The translations under genes and the position numbers were made by a program. A DNA stretch of 64,000 bases from Candidatus Kuenenia stuttgartensis (lineage in GTDB: Bacteria; Pseudomonadota; Alphaproteobacteria; SMXS01): assembly GCA_943329845.2 (NCBI GenBank), contig CALQFM020000014.1:1509-65508 (forward strand). Direction: 5' to 3'. A model generated the notes under the pieces. It was not told the DNA's origin, did no database searches, and saw only the letters and a program-made list of their open reading frames with translations. Positions 54,226-63,992 of the stretch are shown here, in pieces. How positions within the stretch are numbered: the first letter of the stretch is position 1; every line of letters begins with the position of its first letter.

Positions 54226-54744
54226 GTGAGGTTTGTGGGGACCGGCTACCGGGTCCACGATCCGCGCTGGTCCTTCAGGCCGCTTTCAGGGGATGGCGCT
54301 GCCATCCACGGCGGACGGTTCAATCCGAAAAGCGTGCCGGCGATCAATCTCAGCCTCGATCTGGTCACCGCCGTGCGCGAGGGCAATCAGGGCTTCGCTG
54401 GCAAGATCGAGCCCTGCGTGCTGTGCAGCTATGAGGTGGATTGCGCCGACATAACCGATCTGCGGACCGATGCCGCGTGCGTGGCCCTCGGTGTGGTGTT
54501 CGAGGATCTGGCCTGCCCGTGGGCGATGCTGGCCCTGGAGCGCAAGCCGGTGTCCTCGCAGCAACTGGCCGCCCGGCTGATCGCCGAGGGGCAGGCCGGC
54601 GTGCTCGTCCCCAGCTTCGCGGTCGGATCGGGGCCGGACAGCCATAATCTGGTGCTGTGGAGATGGGGACCGAAGCTGCCGCACCGGGTGAGGGTGCATG
54701 ATCCGTCGGGCCGGCTGCCGAAGTCTCAGCTTTCCTGGGACTGA
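54226..54744 (+). CDS. RES-domain toxin
   Basis: GDGAAIHGGRFN, E in AVREG and VLVPSF; NLVLW. Confidence 0.88.
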   Translation: MRFVGTGYRVHDPRWSFRPLSGDGAAIHGGRFNPKSVPAINLSLDLVTAVREGNQGFAGKIEPCVLCSYEVDCADITDLRTDAACVALGVVFEDLACPWAMLALERKPVSSQQLAARLIAEGQAGVLVPSFAVGSGPDSHNLVLWRWGPKLPHRVRVHDPSGRLPKSQLSWD

Positions 54745-55364
54745 TTGTCGGCCGGCTTCGGGAGCGCGTGGCGGTTCATCACGCCCATCTGCAGCATGGC
54801 GAATACCATGGTCAGCGGCAGGAAGCCGAACAGCTTGAAGCTGACCCAGAACTCTTCCGAGAAATTGCGCCAGATGGCTTCGTTCAGGACCGCGAGGACG
54901 GCGAAGAACATGGCCCAGCGCATCGTGAGAATGCGCCAGCCGGCTTCGTCCAGGGGCGGGAAGGCGGATTCGAACACGACCCTCAGCAGCGATCGGCCGG
55001 TGGCCAGCCCGCCGAACAGGATCGCCGAGAACAGCACATAGATCATGGTCGGCTTCATCTTGATGAAGCGCGGATCGTCGAGCGCCAGCGTCAGCCCGCC
55101 GAACACCAGCACGATCACCAGCGTGATGACCTGGCTGAGCGGAATGTGCCGCGTCCGGAACCAGTAGACGCCGATGGCGGCGACCGTCGCAGCCATGAAG
55201 GTGCCGGTGGCGATGAAGATGCCTTCATGCTTGCCATCGGTGCCGACCAGCTTGTTGCCCAGATAGTAGGAGGCGAAGAACACCACCAGCGGGCCGACAT
55301 CCAGCATGAGCTTCAGCCCGGCGCTCATGCGGCCGTTGTCGTTGGCGGAAGGCGTCTCGCTCAT
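54726..55364 (-). CDS. yciB: Inner membrane protein YciB/IspZ (septation protein A)
   Basis: FIKMKPT, NEAIWRN and WVSFKLFG motifs. Confidence 0.92.
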   Translation of the reverse strand: MSETPSANDNGRMSAGLKLMLDVGPLVVFFASYYLGNKLVGTDGKHEGIFIATGTFMAATVAAIGVYWFRTRHIPLSQVITLVIVLVFGGLTLALDDPRFIKMKPTMIYVLFSAILFGGLATGRSLLRVVFESAFPPLDEAGWRILTMRWAMFFAVLAVLNEAIWRNFSEEFWVSFKLFGFLPLTMVFAMLQMGVMNRHALPKPADNQSQES

Positions 55365-56314
55365 GCGGCCACTCCGGCGATGGTGTCGGCGAATTCGCGG
55401 GCATCGAACGGCTGCAGGTCCTCGATGGATTCGCCGACGCCGATGGCATGGATCGGCAGCCCGAATTTCTCGGCGCAGGCGACGAGGACACCGCCGCGGG
55501 CGGTGCCGTCCAGCTTGGTCATGATCAGCCCGCTGATCTGCGCCACGCTGCGGAACACGTCGACCTGCTGCACGGCGTTCTGGCCGGTGGTGGCATCCAG
55601 CACCAGCAGCGTGTCGTGGGGCGCGGCGGGATCGGCCTTGCGGATGACCCGGACGATCTTCGCCAGCTCCTCCATCAGGCCCTGCTTGTTCTGCAGCCGC
55701 CCGGCCGTGTCGATCATCAGCACGTCGATATTCTGTTCGCGGGCCTTCTCCAGCGCCTCGAAGGCGACGGCGGCGGCGTCCGAGCCGACCGGCTTAGCGA
55801 TCACCGGCACGCCGTTGCGCTCGCCCCACACCGCGAGCTGCTCGATGGCAGCGGCGCGGAAGGTATCGCCCGCCGCCAGCATCACGCTCTTGCCCTGGTT
55901 GCGGAACTGTCGCGCCAGCTTGCCGATGGTGGTGGTCTTGCCGCTGCCGTTGACGCCGACGACCAGCAGCACATGCGGCCGGTTGGCCGGGTCGATCACC
56001 AGCGGCTTCGCGACCGGGATCAGGGTCTGCGCCACTACGCCGGCCAGCGTGCGGCGGATTTCCTCGTCGGACACTTCCTTGTCCAGGCGGGTCCGGCTCA
56101 ACTCCTGGGTCACCCGCGCGGCGGTCACCACGCCAAAGTCCGCCATGATCAGCACGTCCTCGAGTTCGTCGAGGGTCGCGGCGTCCAGCTTGCGCTTGCC
56201 GCTGAGCACGCCGGTGGTGAACAGGCCGGTGATGCCGTCGGAGACCGAGCTGGTGCTTTTCTTCAGGCCGTCCTTGAGACGGCTGAACCAGCCCTTCTTC
56301 TCCGGTTCGCTCAC
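55361..56314 (-). CDS. ftsY: Signal recognition particle receptor FtsY
   Basis: GVNGSGKTTT, DTFRAAA, DTAGR and TKLDGTARGG motifs; GTG start. Confidence 0.96.
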   Translation of the reverse strand: MSEPEKKGWFSRLKDGLKKSTSSVSDGITGLFTTGVLSGKRKLDAATLDELEDVLIMADFGVVTAARVTQELSRTRLDKEVSDEEIRRTLAGVVAQTLIPVAKPLVIDPANRPHVLLVVGVNGSGKTTTIGKLARQFRNQGKSVMLAAGDTFRAAAIEQLAVWGERNGVPVIAKPVGSDAAAVAFEALEKAREQNIDVLMIDTAGRLQNKQGLMEELAKIVRVIRKADPAAPHDTLLVLDATTGQNAVQQVDVFRSVAQISGLIMTKLDGTARGGVLVACAEKFGLPIHAIGVGESIEDLQPFDAREFADTIAGVAA

Positions 56315-57570
56315 GCCGCCAGCCGTCCGGTCAGGGTGTTGCCGTCGCGGCCGGTGACGCGGGCGCGCACGATGCCGTCGGCGGCGCCCGCGATGACGAT
56401 GGGCGCGAAATGCTGGGTGTGGCCGACGCTGTCGCCGCGCTCGACCTTCTCCACCAGCACATCGGCCTCGCGGCCCTGCTGGCGGGCGAAGAAGGCGTCG
56501 CGCCGCTGCTCGCCGCGCAGCCGCAGGATGCCCGCGCGCTCGCGGATCACGTCGCCGCGCAGCTGCGGCATGCGCGCCGCCGGCGTGCCCGGACGCGACG
56601 AATAGGGGAAGACGTGCAGGAAGGTAATGTCCGCTGCGTCGATGCAAGCGAGAGTGTTGGCGAACATCGACTCGGTCTCGGTCGGGAAACCGGCGATGAT
56701 GTCGGCGCCGAACACCACGTCCGGCCGCTGCGCGCGCACCGCATCGCAGAAGTCGATGGATTGCTGCCGGGAGTGACGGCGCTTCATGCGCTTCAGGATG
56801 ATGTCGTCGCCCGCCTGCAGGCTCAAGTGCAGGTGCGGCATCAGCCGCGGCTCGCCGGCGATCAGCTCCATCAGCACCGGGTCGACCTCGACTGAGTCGA
56901 TGGACGACAGCCGCAGGCGCGGCAACTCGGGCACCGCCTTCAGGATCTTGGCGCACAGCGTGCCCAGGCCGGGCGCGCCCGGCAGGTCGCCGCCATAGGA
57001 GGTGATGTCGACGCCGGTCACCACGACTTCCTGGTAGCCGCTGTCGACCAGCAGCTTCACCTGCTCGACCACGGCGCCCATCGGCACGCTGCGCGAATTG
57101 CCGCGGCCATAGGGGATGATGCAGAAGGTGCAGCGGTGGTCGCAGCCATTCTGCACCTGAACGAAGGCGCGGGTCCGGCCGTCGATGCCGTTGACCAGAT
57201 GGCCGGCGGTCTCGCGCACCGACATGATGTCGTTGACCTGCACCCGCTCGGTGAGGCCGATGCCGAAGTCGAAGCCCTGCGGCTGCAGCTTTTCCTCGTT
57301 GCCCAGCACCCGGTCCACCTCCGGCATGAGGGCGAAGGCGGCGGGGTCGGTCTGGGCGGCGCAGCCGGTGACGATGATGCGCGCCTCCGGCCTGTCGCGG
57401 CGGGCGCGGCGGATCGCCTGGCGGGCCTGGCGCACGGCCTCGTTGGTGACGGCGCAGGTGTTGACGATCACCGCGTCGTCCAGGCCCGCGGCCACGGCGT
57501 TGCGGCGGATGACTTCCGATTCCAGCGTGTTCAGCCGGCAGCCGAAGGTGATGATCTCGGGCGCGCTCAC
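56311..57570 (-). CDS. mtaB: tRNA threonylcarbamoyladenosine methylthiotransferase MtaB
   Basis: TFGCRLN, NTCAVT, TGC and radical-SAM CDHRCTFC. Confidence 0.93.
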   Translation of the reverse strand: MSAPEIITFGCRLNTLESEVIRRNAVAAGLDDAVIVNTCAVTNEAVRQARQAIRRARRDRPEARIIVTGCAAQTDPAAFALMPEVDRVLGNEEKLQPQGFDFGIGLTERVQVNDIMSVRETAGHLVNGIDGRTRAFVQVQNGCDHRCTFCIIPYGRGNSRSVPMGAVVEQVKLLVDSGYQEVVVTGVDITSYGGDLPGAPGLGTLCAKILKAVPELPRLRLSSIDSVEVDPVLMELIAGEPRLMPHLHLSLQAGDDIILKRMKRRHSRQQSIDFCDAVRAQRPDVVFGADIIAGFPTETESMFANTLACIDAADITFLHVFPYSSRPGTPAARMPQLRGDVIRERAGILRLRGEQRRDAFFARQQGREADVLVEKVERGDSVGHTQHFAPIVIAGAADGIVRARVTGRDGNTLTGRLAA

Positions 57571-58400
57571 AGCATCACCTGCCCGCTGAAGCTGGTGGCG
57601 ACCGGCCCGCGCATCATGATGCGGTTGTCGTCGCCCCATGAGATCTCCAGCGGCCCGCCGTCGAGCCGCACCATGATCTCCCGGTCGGTCAGGCCGCGCC
57701 GCATGGCGGCGACGGCGGCGGCGCAGGCGGCGGTGCCGCAGGCCTGGGTGATGCCCACGCCGCGCTCCCACACCCGCAGCCGGATCTCGTCGGTGGAGAT
57801 CACCTGGGCGATGCTGACGTTCACCCGCTCGGGGAACATGGGGTCGGTCTCGATCCGCGGCCCCCAGGTTTCCAGGGCGATCTTGCGGACGTCGTCGACG
57901 AAGAACACCACATGCGGATTGCCAACATTGACGCAGACCGGGTCTTCCAGCGGACCCTTGGCGAATACGACCGACAGGGTGTCGGCCTCGCGCGCCAGCG
58001 GGATTTCCCGCCAGCCCAGGCGCGGCTCGCCCATGTCGACGGTCACCAGCTCTTCCTGCACGGCCTCCAGTTCGCAGCGCAGCAGGTCGGCCCGGGTCTC
58101 GATGGTCGCCCGGTCGCTGCCGCTCTCGCCCATCAGCAGGCTGGCGACGCAGCGGGTGGCGTTGCCGCAGGCCGATACTTCCGAGCCGTCGGCGTTCTGG
58201 ATGCGCATGAAGGCGTCGGCCTTGTCGGACGGCAGGATGGTGATGATCTGGTCGCAGCCGATGCCCACATGCCGGTCGGCGACGAAGCGCGCCTGCGCCG
58301 GTGTCAGGGCAAGCGGCTCCGTGCGGGCGTCGAAGACAACGAAATCGTTGCCCAGCCCGTGCATCTTCACGAAGTTGCGTACCGTGCCCTGTGCGTTCAT
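57567..58400 (-). CDS. dapF: Diaminopimelate epimerase
   Basis: KMHGLGND, CGNATRC, VGNPH, ERG and ACGT motifs. Confidence 0.96.
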   Translation of the reverse strand: MNAQGTVRNFVKMHGLGNDFVVFDARTEPLALTPAQARFVADRHVGIGCDQIITILPSDKADAFMRIQNADGSEVSACGNATRCVASLLMGESGSDRATIETRADLLRCELEAVQEELVTVDMGEPRLGWREIPLAREADTLSVVFAKGPLEDPVCVNVGNPHVVFFVDDVRKIALETWGPRIETDPMFPERVNVSIAQVISTDEIRLRVWERGVGITQACGTAACAAAVAAMRRGLTDREIMVRLDGGPLEISWGDDNRIMMRGPVATSFSGQVML

Positions 58401-58448
58401 GGCGCGGTTATATGGGCCGCGCCCTTTTCGACTCAAGCGAAATGCGGG

Positions 58449-59219
58449 TTACAGCCGTCTCAGCACCATGGCGTCGACCAGCAGCAGCGTCGCGTTCCAC
58501 CCCGAATGTAGCGCGATGGACGCGGTTACAGAGCCGGTGCGGACGCGGGCCAGCGCGAAGATGAGCCCGGCGCCGAACAGCACGGCGAGGCCGTAGATCT
58601 CGTTGAACCATTCCAACGTGAAATGCTGGTGGACGGCGGTCCACATGGCGGTGGTCAGCAGGATCGCGCCCGCTACGCCGAGCCTTGAACGGGCCAGCCC
58701 GGCGAAGATGAAGCCGCGGAACAGCATCTCCTCGAACACTGGGGCGATGGTCACGGCGGTGACGAAGAACAGGAAGGTGCCGCCCGCGTACAGTCCCGCG
58801 CCGGCGCCGTCATGGGCCATCGCCCTCTCCGGCAGCACCACGAACAGCACGAAATAGGCGGCCAGCGCGACGAGCCAGGGCAGCAGCGCCAGGTGCCGTA
58901 ACGGCCGCAGGTCCACATAGTCGGCGAGGCTCGCGCCGCGGCGGCGGGCCATGCGGGCCATGAAGAGGATGCCTGTGGCGGCGCCAAGCCAGTAGAGCGC
59001 CATCAGGACGTCGGTCGCGTTCGCGCTGCCCTGCCCGCCCTCGGCGCGGAACAGGTCGATCACCCGGAAACCGGTGAACAGGCTGAACAGCGCCGCGCCC
59101 GCCAGCTGGGCCGCGGCCACCCCGAACAGGATCAGCGCCGAAAGCCCTATGGTCGGCCATCCGCCCCAACAGGCGGAGCCGGCGGGGACCGCTGGCGGCT
59201 CGGGCGGATGCGCGGACAT
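58449..59219 (-). CDS. CPBP (CAAX/Abi) intramembrane metalloprotease
   Basis: APVFEEMLFRG, AVH and ALHSGWN motifs. Confidence 0.9.
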   Translation of the reverse strand: MSAHPPEPPAVPAGSACWGGWPTIGLSALILFGVAAAQLAGAALFSLFTGFRVIDLFRAEGGQGSANATDVLMALYWLGAATGILFMARMARRRGASLADYVDLRPLRHLALLPWLVALAAYFVLFVVLPERAMAHDGAGAGLYAGGTFLFFVTAVTIAPVFEEMLFRGFIFAGLARSRLGVAGAILLTTAMWTAVHQHFTLEWFNEIYGLAVLFGAGLIFALARVRTGSVTASIALHSGWNATLLLVDAMVLRRL

Positions 59220-59323
59220 GCGAAGAAAGCGTACCGGCGCCGCAGGGGCGTGGCAAGGAACGGGCGTTCCGCTGTATGTCGGCAGCACCAGCCCCATGCC
59301 GCAATGGCATACCAAGGCGCGGG

Positions 59324-59342
59324 TTTTATGCGGATTTTATGC
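59324..59342 (+). promoter_or_regulatory. KdpE-type direct repeat upstream of kup
   Basis: TTTTATGC-GGA-TTTTATGC with an 11-bp period. Confidence 0.55.
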
Positions 59343-59417
59343 CGGCCATGGCAATCCCGCATGGCGGCTTAACGCGGCTCCGGGGCACAGATTGACGACA
59401 CTTTCGGAGGACCATCC

Positions 59418-61322
59418 ATGTCAGCCCGCGTCCTGGAAAAGCGTTCCAGCCTTTTCCTGCTCACCCTCGGTGCCATCGGCGTCGTCTACGGCGATATCGG
59501 CACCAGCCCGCTCTATGCGTTCCGCGAGGCGTTGGCTCAGGCCGCCCCAGGCGGCATCCTGCGCGAGGAGATCCTGGGCGTGTTATCCCTGGCGCTCTGG
59601 GCGCTGATCATTGTCGTCACGGTCAAGTACGTGCTGTTCCTGACACGGGCAGACAACCACGGCGAGGGCGGCGTGCTGTCGCTGATGGCGCTGGCAAACC
59701 ACGCGACCGCCGGGAAGTGGCGGATTGTGCTGCTGCTGGGCAGCATCGGCGCGGCCATGTTCTTCGGCGACGCGATCATCACCCCGGCGCTTTCGGTACT
59801 GTCGGCGGTCGAGGGCCTGGGCACGGTGCGCGGTCTGCAGGGCGTCATGTCCGAGCCGCTGATCCTGGGCCTCACAGCCGGTATCCTGCTCGGCTTGTTC
59901 ACCATCCAGTTCCGCGGCACGGCCAAGGTCGCCCGGCTGTTCGGGCCGGTCTGCGTCATCTGGTTCGTCGCCATCGGCGGTCTCGGTCTGTGGCACATCA
60001 TCGAGTCGCCCGGGGTGCTGCTGGCGATCAATCCCTGGTACGGCGTGCGCTTCCTCTCAGAGCACGGCGGCACCGGCCTGTTCGTGCTGGGTGCGGTGTT
60101 CCTGACGGTGACCGGCGCCGAGGCGCTGATCGCCGACATGGGGCATTTCGGCCGCCGGCCGATCCAGCTCGGCTGGCTCGGCTTCGTCTGGCCGGCGCTG
60201 ACCCTGAATTATTTGGGACAGGGCGCGTTGGCGCTGTCGGCGCTGCATGCGGCGCAAGCAGCCGGGCGGCCACTCGCCAACGCCGACTGGTTCTTTCTGA
60301 TGGCGCCCGATGTGCTGCGCGCACCGCTGGTGATCCTGGCGACGCTCGCCACCATCATCGCCAGCCAGGCGGTGATCACCGGCGCCTACTCGCTGGCGCA
60401 GCAGGCCATCGCGCTGGGCCTCCTGCCGCGGCTCACCATATTGCGCACCTCCGAGGACCAGTTTGGCCAGATTTACGTGCCCGCGATCAACTGGATGCTG
60501 CTGGCCGGTGTCCTGGCGCTGGTGTTTTCGTTCAGGAGCAGTTCGGCCATGGCCGCCGCCTACGGCATCGCCGTTACCGGCACCATGGTGGTCACCACCT
60601 GCCTCGCCTTCATCATCGCCTGGCGCGCCTGGAAGTGGCGCCTTGTCTGGGCGGCGCTGTTCATCGCGCCGTTCCTGGCCATCGACCTGGTATTCTTCGG
60701 CGCCAACCTGCTGCGGGTGATCGAGGGCGGCTGGGTGCCCATGCTGGTGGCGGGCATGGTCGGCCTTGTCATCTATGCCTGGATGCGCGGCCGCCGCCTG
60801 GCGCTGCTCGGCGTCGGGCAGGGCGTATCCATGGCCGACCTCGCCCGCAACATCGAGCGCCGCCCGCCGACCGTCATCCCTGGTATCGCCGTCTTCCTCA
60901 CCCAGGATCAGGTGAACGTACCGTCGGCGCTGCTGCACAACCTCAAGCACAACAAGGTACTGCACGAGTCCAATGTACTGCTGTCGGTGGTGACCGAGGA
61001 AACGCCGCATGTGCCGGCGAAGGACCGCCTGAGGATGAGCGACGAGGGCCAGCGCTTCGTTCACGCGACCCTGCATTATGGCTACATGGACAAGGTTGAC
61101 GTGCCGACCGACCTGGCGCGCAATGAGATGTGGCTCGGCGCGCGGGGCGGCACCTCGTTCTTTGTCGGGCGGAACGCCATACGCAGGTCCGCCCGGCCGG
61201 GACTGGCGCGATGGATGACCATGCTCTACACCTTCCTGCACCGCAATGCCGCCGACCCCACCGAATTCTTTGGTATTCCTGCCAATCGGGTGGTCGAGCT
61301 CGGCTCCCAGGTGGAGATCTAG
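59418..61322 (+). CDS. kup: Potassium transporter Kup
   Basis: GVVYGDIGTSPLY, ADNHGEGG, GDAIITPA, GAEALIADMGHF and LLHNLKHN motifs. Confidence 0.96.
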   Translation: MSARVLEKRSSLFLLTLGAIGVVYGDIGTSPLYAFREALAQAAPGGILREEILGVLSLALWALIIVVTVKYVLFLTRADNHGEGGVLSLMALANHATAGKWRIVLLLGSIGAAMFFGDAIITPALSVLSAVEGLGTVRGLQGVMSEPLILGLTAGILLGLFTIQFRGTAKVARLFGPVCVIWFVAIGGLGLWHIIESPGVLLAINPWYGVRFLSEHGGTGLFVLGAVFLTVTGAEALIADMGHFGRRPIQLGWLGFVWPALTLNYLGQGALALSALHAAQAAGRPLANADWFFLMAPDVLRAPLVILATLATIIASQAVITGAYSLAQQAIALGLLPRLTILRTSEDQFGQIYVPAINWMLLAGVLALVFSFRSSSAMAAAYGIAVTGTMVVTTCLAFIIAWRAWKWRLVWAALFIAPFLAIDLVFFGANLLRVIEGGWVPMLVAGMVGLVIYAWMRGRRLALLGVGQGVSMADLARNIERRPPTVIPGIAVFLTQDQVNVPSALLHNLKHNKVLHESNVLLSVVTEETPHVPAKDRLRMSDEGQRFVHATLHYGYMDKVDVPTDLARNEMWLGARGGTSFFVGRNAIRRSARPGLARWMTMLYTFLHRNAADPTEFFGIPANRVVELGSQVEI

Positions 61323-61324
61323 CG

Positions 61325-62761
61325 ATGTTGCGCGCCGGTTTGCTCGGCGACTATCTCATCGGGGCGGTATGGGTCGCGGCGGTTACCGTTGCGGCCTATG
61401 CCTGGCCCGGCACACTGGGCCTGCATTCGGCCGCGCTTCTGTTCCTGCTGCCGGTGCTGCTGGTTTCGGCCCGACATGGCGCCGGGCCTGGCCTGTTCGC
61501 GGCGACCGCCGCGGCGCTCGCCTACAACTTCTTTCTGCTGCCGCCGCTGTTCACCTTCCGCGTCCACGGCCTCGATAACGTGGTGAGCTTCGTCGTGCTG
61601 TTCGCGGTCGCCGTGGTGACCAGCCGGCTGGCCACGGCGCTCAAGGCGCGCGAGCGGCAGGCCCAGCGGGAGGCCCAGGTCAGCGCCGAGGTCGCCGAAC
61701 TGGCCGCCCATCTGGCGGGGCAGGACGACCTTAGCGCCGCGCTGGCCAATGGCCTCGCCTTCATCGAGGCGCGGCACGGCTCCGCGCGCATCATCGGGCG
61801 GGATGCGCTGCCGCGCGACGATCCGGCATTCGGTCCACTGGACCTTTCCGCCGCGGCCTGGGCGATCCACAATGGTGATATGGCCGGTTGTGGTACCGAA
61901 ATCTTTCCGTCCGCCGACTGGGCCTTTCTGCCGCTCGGGCGGGCGGGCTCGGGTGACCTTGACGTCGTCGCCGTCGCGCGGCGGCCCGATGGAACGCGCC
62001 TGCCACTCGACTCGTTGCGGCCCCAGGTGTCGCTGCTCGCTCAGACGCGGGACCGGCTGATCCTGGGGCAGGAACGGCGCGAGCGGCAGATTCTGGAGGA
62101 GCGCGACGCGCTGCGACGGACACTGCTTGCCTCGCTCGCCCACGATTTCCGCTCGCCGCTCACGGTCCTGCAAGGTGAGTTGGAGGCGTTGGCCAGGGAA
62201 TCGCCGCAGGCCGAGCGTGCGCTTGCCCACGCCCAGCGCCTGTCGCGGATGATGGACGACCTTGTCGGCATTGCCCGCATCGAGGGTGGGGCGGTGAAGC
62301 CGGCGTTGGAGCCGGTCGACCTGGTCGACGTGGTGTCGGCTGCTCTGGAGGCCAGTGGCGCGGCCGCGACCGGCCTGCGGATCACACGCGCCGTCCCGGT
62401 CGATTTGCCGCTGGTCAGCGCCGATCCGGTCCTGCTGCGGCATGTGGTCGTCAACCTCATCGACAACGCCGCCCGGCACGCGATTTCCATGATTGCCATT
62501 TCGGCGTCATCCAGCGGTGGGCCGGTCACCCTGAGGGTGGATGATGACGGATCAGGCATTCCGGCGGGCGAGGAGGAGGCGGTCTTCGAGCGCTTCGTCA
62601 GGTTCGCGGGCAGCGACCGCAGCGGCGGCAGCGGCCTCGGCCTCGCCATCGTCAAGGGCTTCTGCGACGCCATGGGGATAGGGGTGCGCGCTGGCCGGCG
62701 CGACGGTGGCGGCGCCAGCTTCGCCCTGACCATCCCGGCGTTTGTGGCGCAGGCGCCATGA
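61325..62761 (+). CDS. KdpD-like sensor histidine kinase lacking the N-terminal KdpD and USP domains
   Basis: Starts directly with the 4-TM region (LAYNFFLLPP). H-box AHDFRSPL, N, G1 and G2 boxes are present. Confidence 0.88.
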   Translation: MLRAGLLGDYLIGAVWVAAVTVAAYAWPGTLGLHSAALLFLLPVLLVSARHGAGPGLFAATAAALAYNFFLLPPLFTFRVHGLDNVVSFVVLFAVAVVTSRLATALKARERQAQREAQVSAEVAELAAHLAGQDDLSAALANGLAFIEARHGSARIIGRDALPRDDPAFGPLDLSAAAWAIHNGDMAGCGTEIFPSADWAFLPLGRAGSGDLDVVAVARRPDGTRLPLDSLRPQVSLLAQTRDRLILGQERRERQILEERDALRRTLLASLAHDFRSPLTVLQGELEALARESPQAERALAHAQRLSRMMDDLVGIARIEGGAVKPALEPVDLVDVVSAALEASGAAATGLRITRAVPVDLPLVSADPVLLRHVVVNLIDNAARHAISMIAISASSSGGPVTLRVDDDGSGIPAGEEEAVFERFVRFAGSDRSGGSGLGLAIVKGFCDAMGIGVRAGRRDGGGASFALTIPAFVAQAP

Positions 62762-63435
62762 GCCGGGTGCTGGTGGTGGACGACGAGTTGGCGATCCGGC
62801 GCCTGGTGTCCGCGGTGCTGGAGCGCGACGGCCACGAGGCGGTCGTCGCCGGCAGTGTCCGCGAGGCGCTGGTGGAAATCGGCCGAGCCGCCGTGGACGC
62901 TGCGATCGTCGACCTGGGCCTGCCCGACAGGGACGGCCTGGAACTGATCCCGCTGATCCGGGCGGCGATGGCGATACCCATCCTCGTGCTGAGCGCCCGC
63001 GACGCCACCGCCGAGAAGATCGCGGCGCTCGATCTGGGCGCCGATGACTATGTCACCAAGCCTTTCGACGGCGATGAGCTGCTGGCGCGGTTGCGCTCGG
63101 CGTTACGGCGGACCGGGGCGCCGGCCGGCGGCGACACGGTCCTGCGCCACGGCGCCATCGCCATGGACCTGGGCCGGCATATGGTGCTGGTCGAGGACCG
63201 CGAGGTCACCCTGACGCCGCGCGAGTTCGCCGTGCTCGAGGCGCTGGTCCGCGCCGGCGGCCGGGTGCTGACCCATGTGGCCCTGCTGGAACAGGTGTGG
63301 GGCCGCGCTCATGTGGCGGACGTGGAGTATCTGCGGGTCGTGATCCGCGCCTTGCGGCTCAAGGTGGAGGCCGACCCGTCGCAGCCTGCGCTGATCCGCA
63401 ACGAACCCGGGATCGGCTACCGCCTGAACGGCTAG
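62758..63435 (+). CDS. kdpE: KdpE-like OmpR-family response regulator
   Basis: VVDD, DLGLPDRDG, GADDYVTKPF, YLRVVI and NEPGIGYR motifs. Confidence 0.88.
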   Translation: MSRVLVVDDELAIRRLVSAVLERDGHEAVVAGSVREALVEIGRAAVDAAIVDLGLPDRDGLELIPLIRAAMAIPILVLSARDATAEKIAALDLGADDYVTKPFDGDELLARLRSALRRTGAPAGGDTVLRHGAIAMDLGRHMVLVEDREVTLTPREFAVLEALVRAGGRVLTHVALLEQVWGRAHVADVEYLRVVIRALRLKVEADPSQPALIRNEPGIGYRLNG

Positions 63436-63992
63436 GCCGGTTGGCTTTCGGTGTCGAAGAGCGACGCAGCGAAGCGGTTGCCGGGCGCGCTGAGATAGGG
63501 CCGCATCCGGCTGAACAGGCTGGTGAACACGGCCCGGTGCTGCTCGCGGAAGCCGGGCTCGCCGGCGGCGATCTGCAGCTCGTTGGCGGTGGTCAGTTCG
63601 CAGAACTCCTTCAGCTCGTCCATCGGCATCAGGACGGTCTCGCCGGTGAAGCGGTCCTCGAACGGCAGCGGGACGGCCTGGCCGATGCGCGGCCACACCT
63701 TCGCCCGGTCGCACGAGCAGTAGCGGTAGACGATGGCCTCGGCCTCGGCGCCGATGATGCCGGCGACCAGCGCCCGCTTTTCCAGGGGCAGCATGGCGTC
63801 GGTGAAGTGGACGGTGCCGTAAGCCGCGTGGAACAGGCCGGCGTCGCACAGCACCGGACGCGCGCCCCAGTCCACCAGCATGTCGTGGACGCCCACGAAA
63901 TGCTCCTCCAGCGAACCGTTGATGTGGGCGAAGTCGCCGGCGCCCAGCGCGGCCAGGGCACGGAACTTCTCATCGCGGCGTGTGATGGTCAT
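63432..63992 (-). CDS. DUF6817-like uncharacterised protein
   Basis: HINGSLEEHF...AGLFHAAYGT...IGAEAEAIVYRYC pattern, recalled for this family. Confidence 0.6.
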   Translation of the reverse strand: MTITRRDEKFRALAALGAGDFAHINGSLEEHFVGVHDMLVDWGARPVLCDAGLFHAAYGTVHFTDAMLPLEKRALVAGIIGAEAEAIVYRYCSCDRAKVWPRIGQAVPLPFEDRFTGETVLMPMDELKEFCELTTANELQIAAGEPGFREQHRAVFTSLFSRMRPYLSAPGNRFAASLFDTESQPA

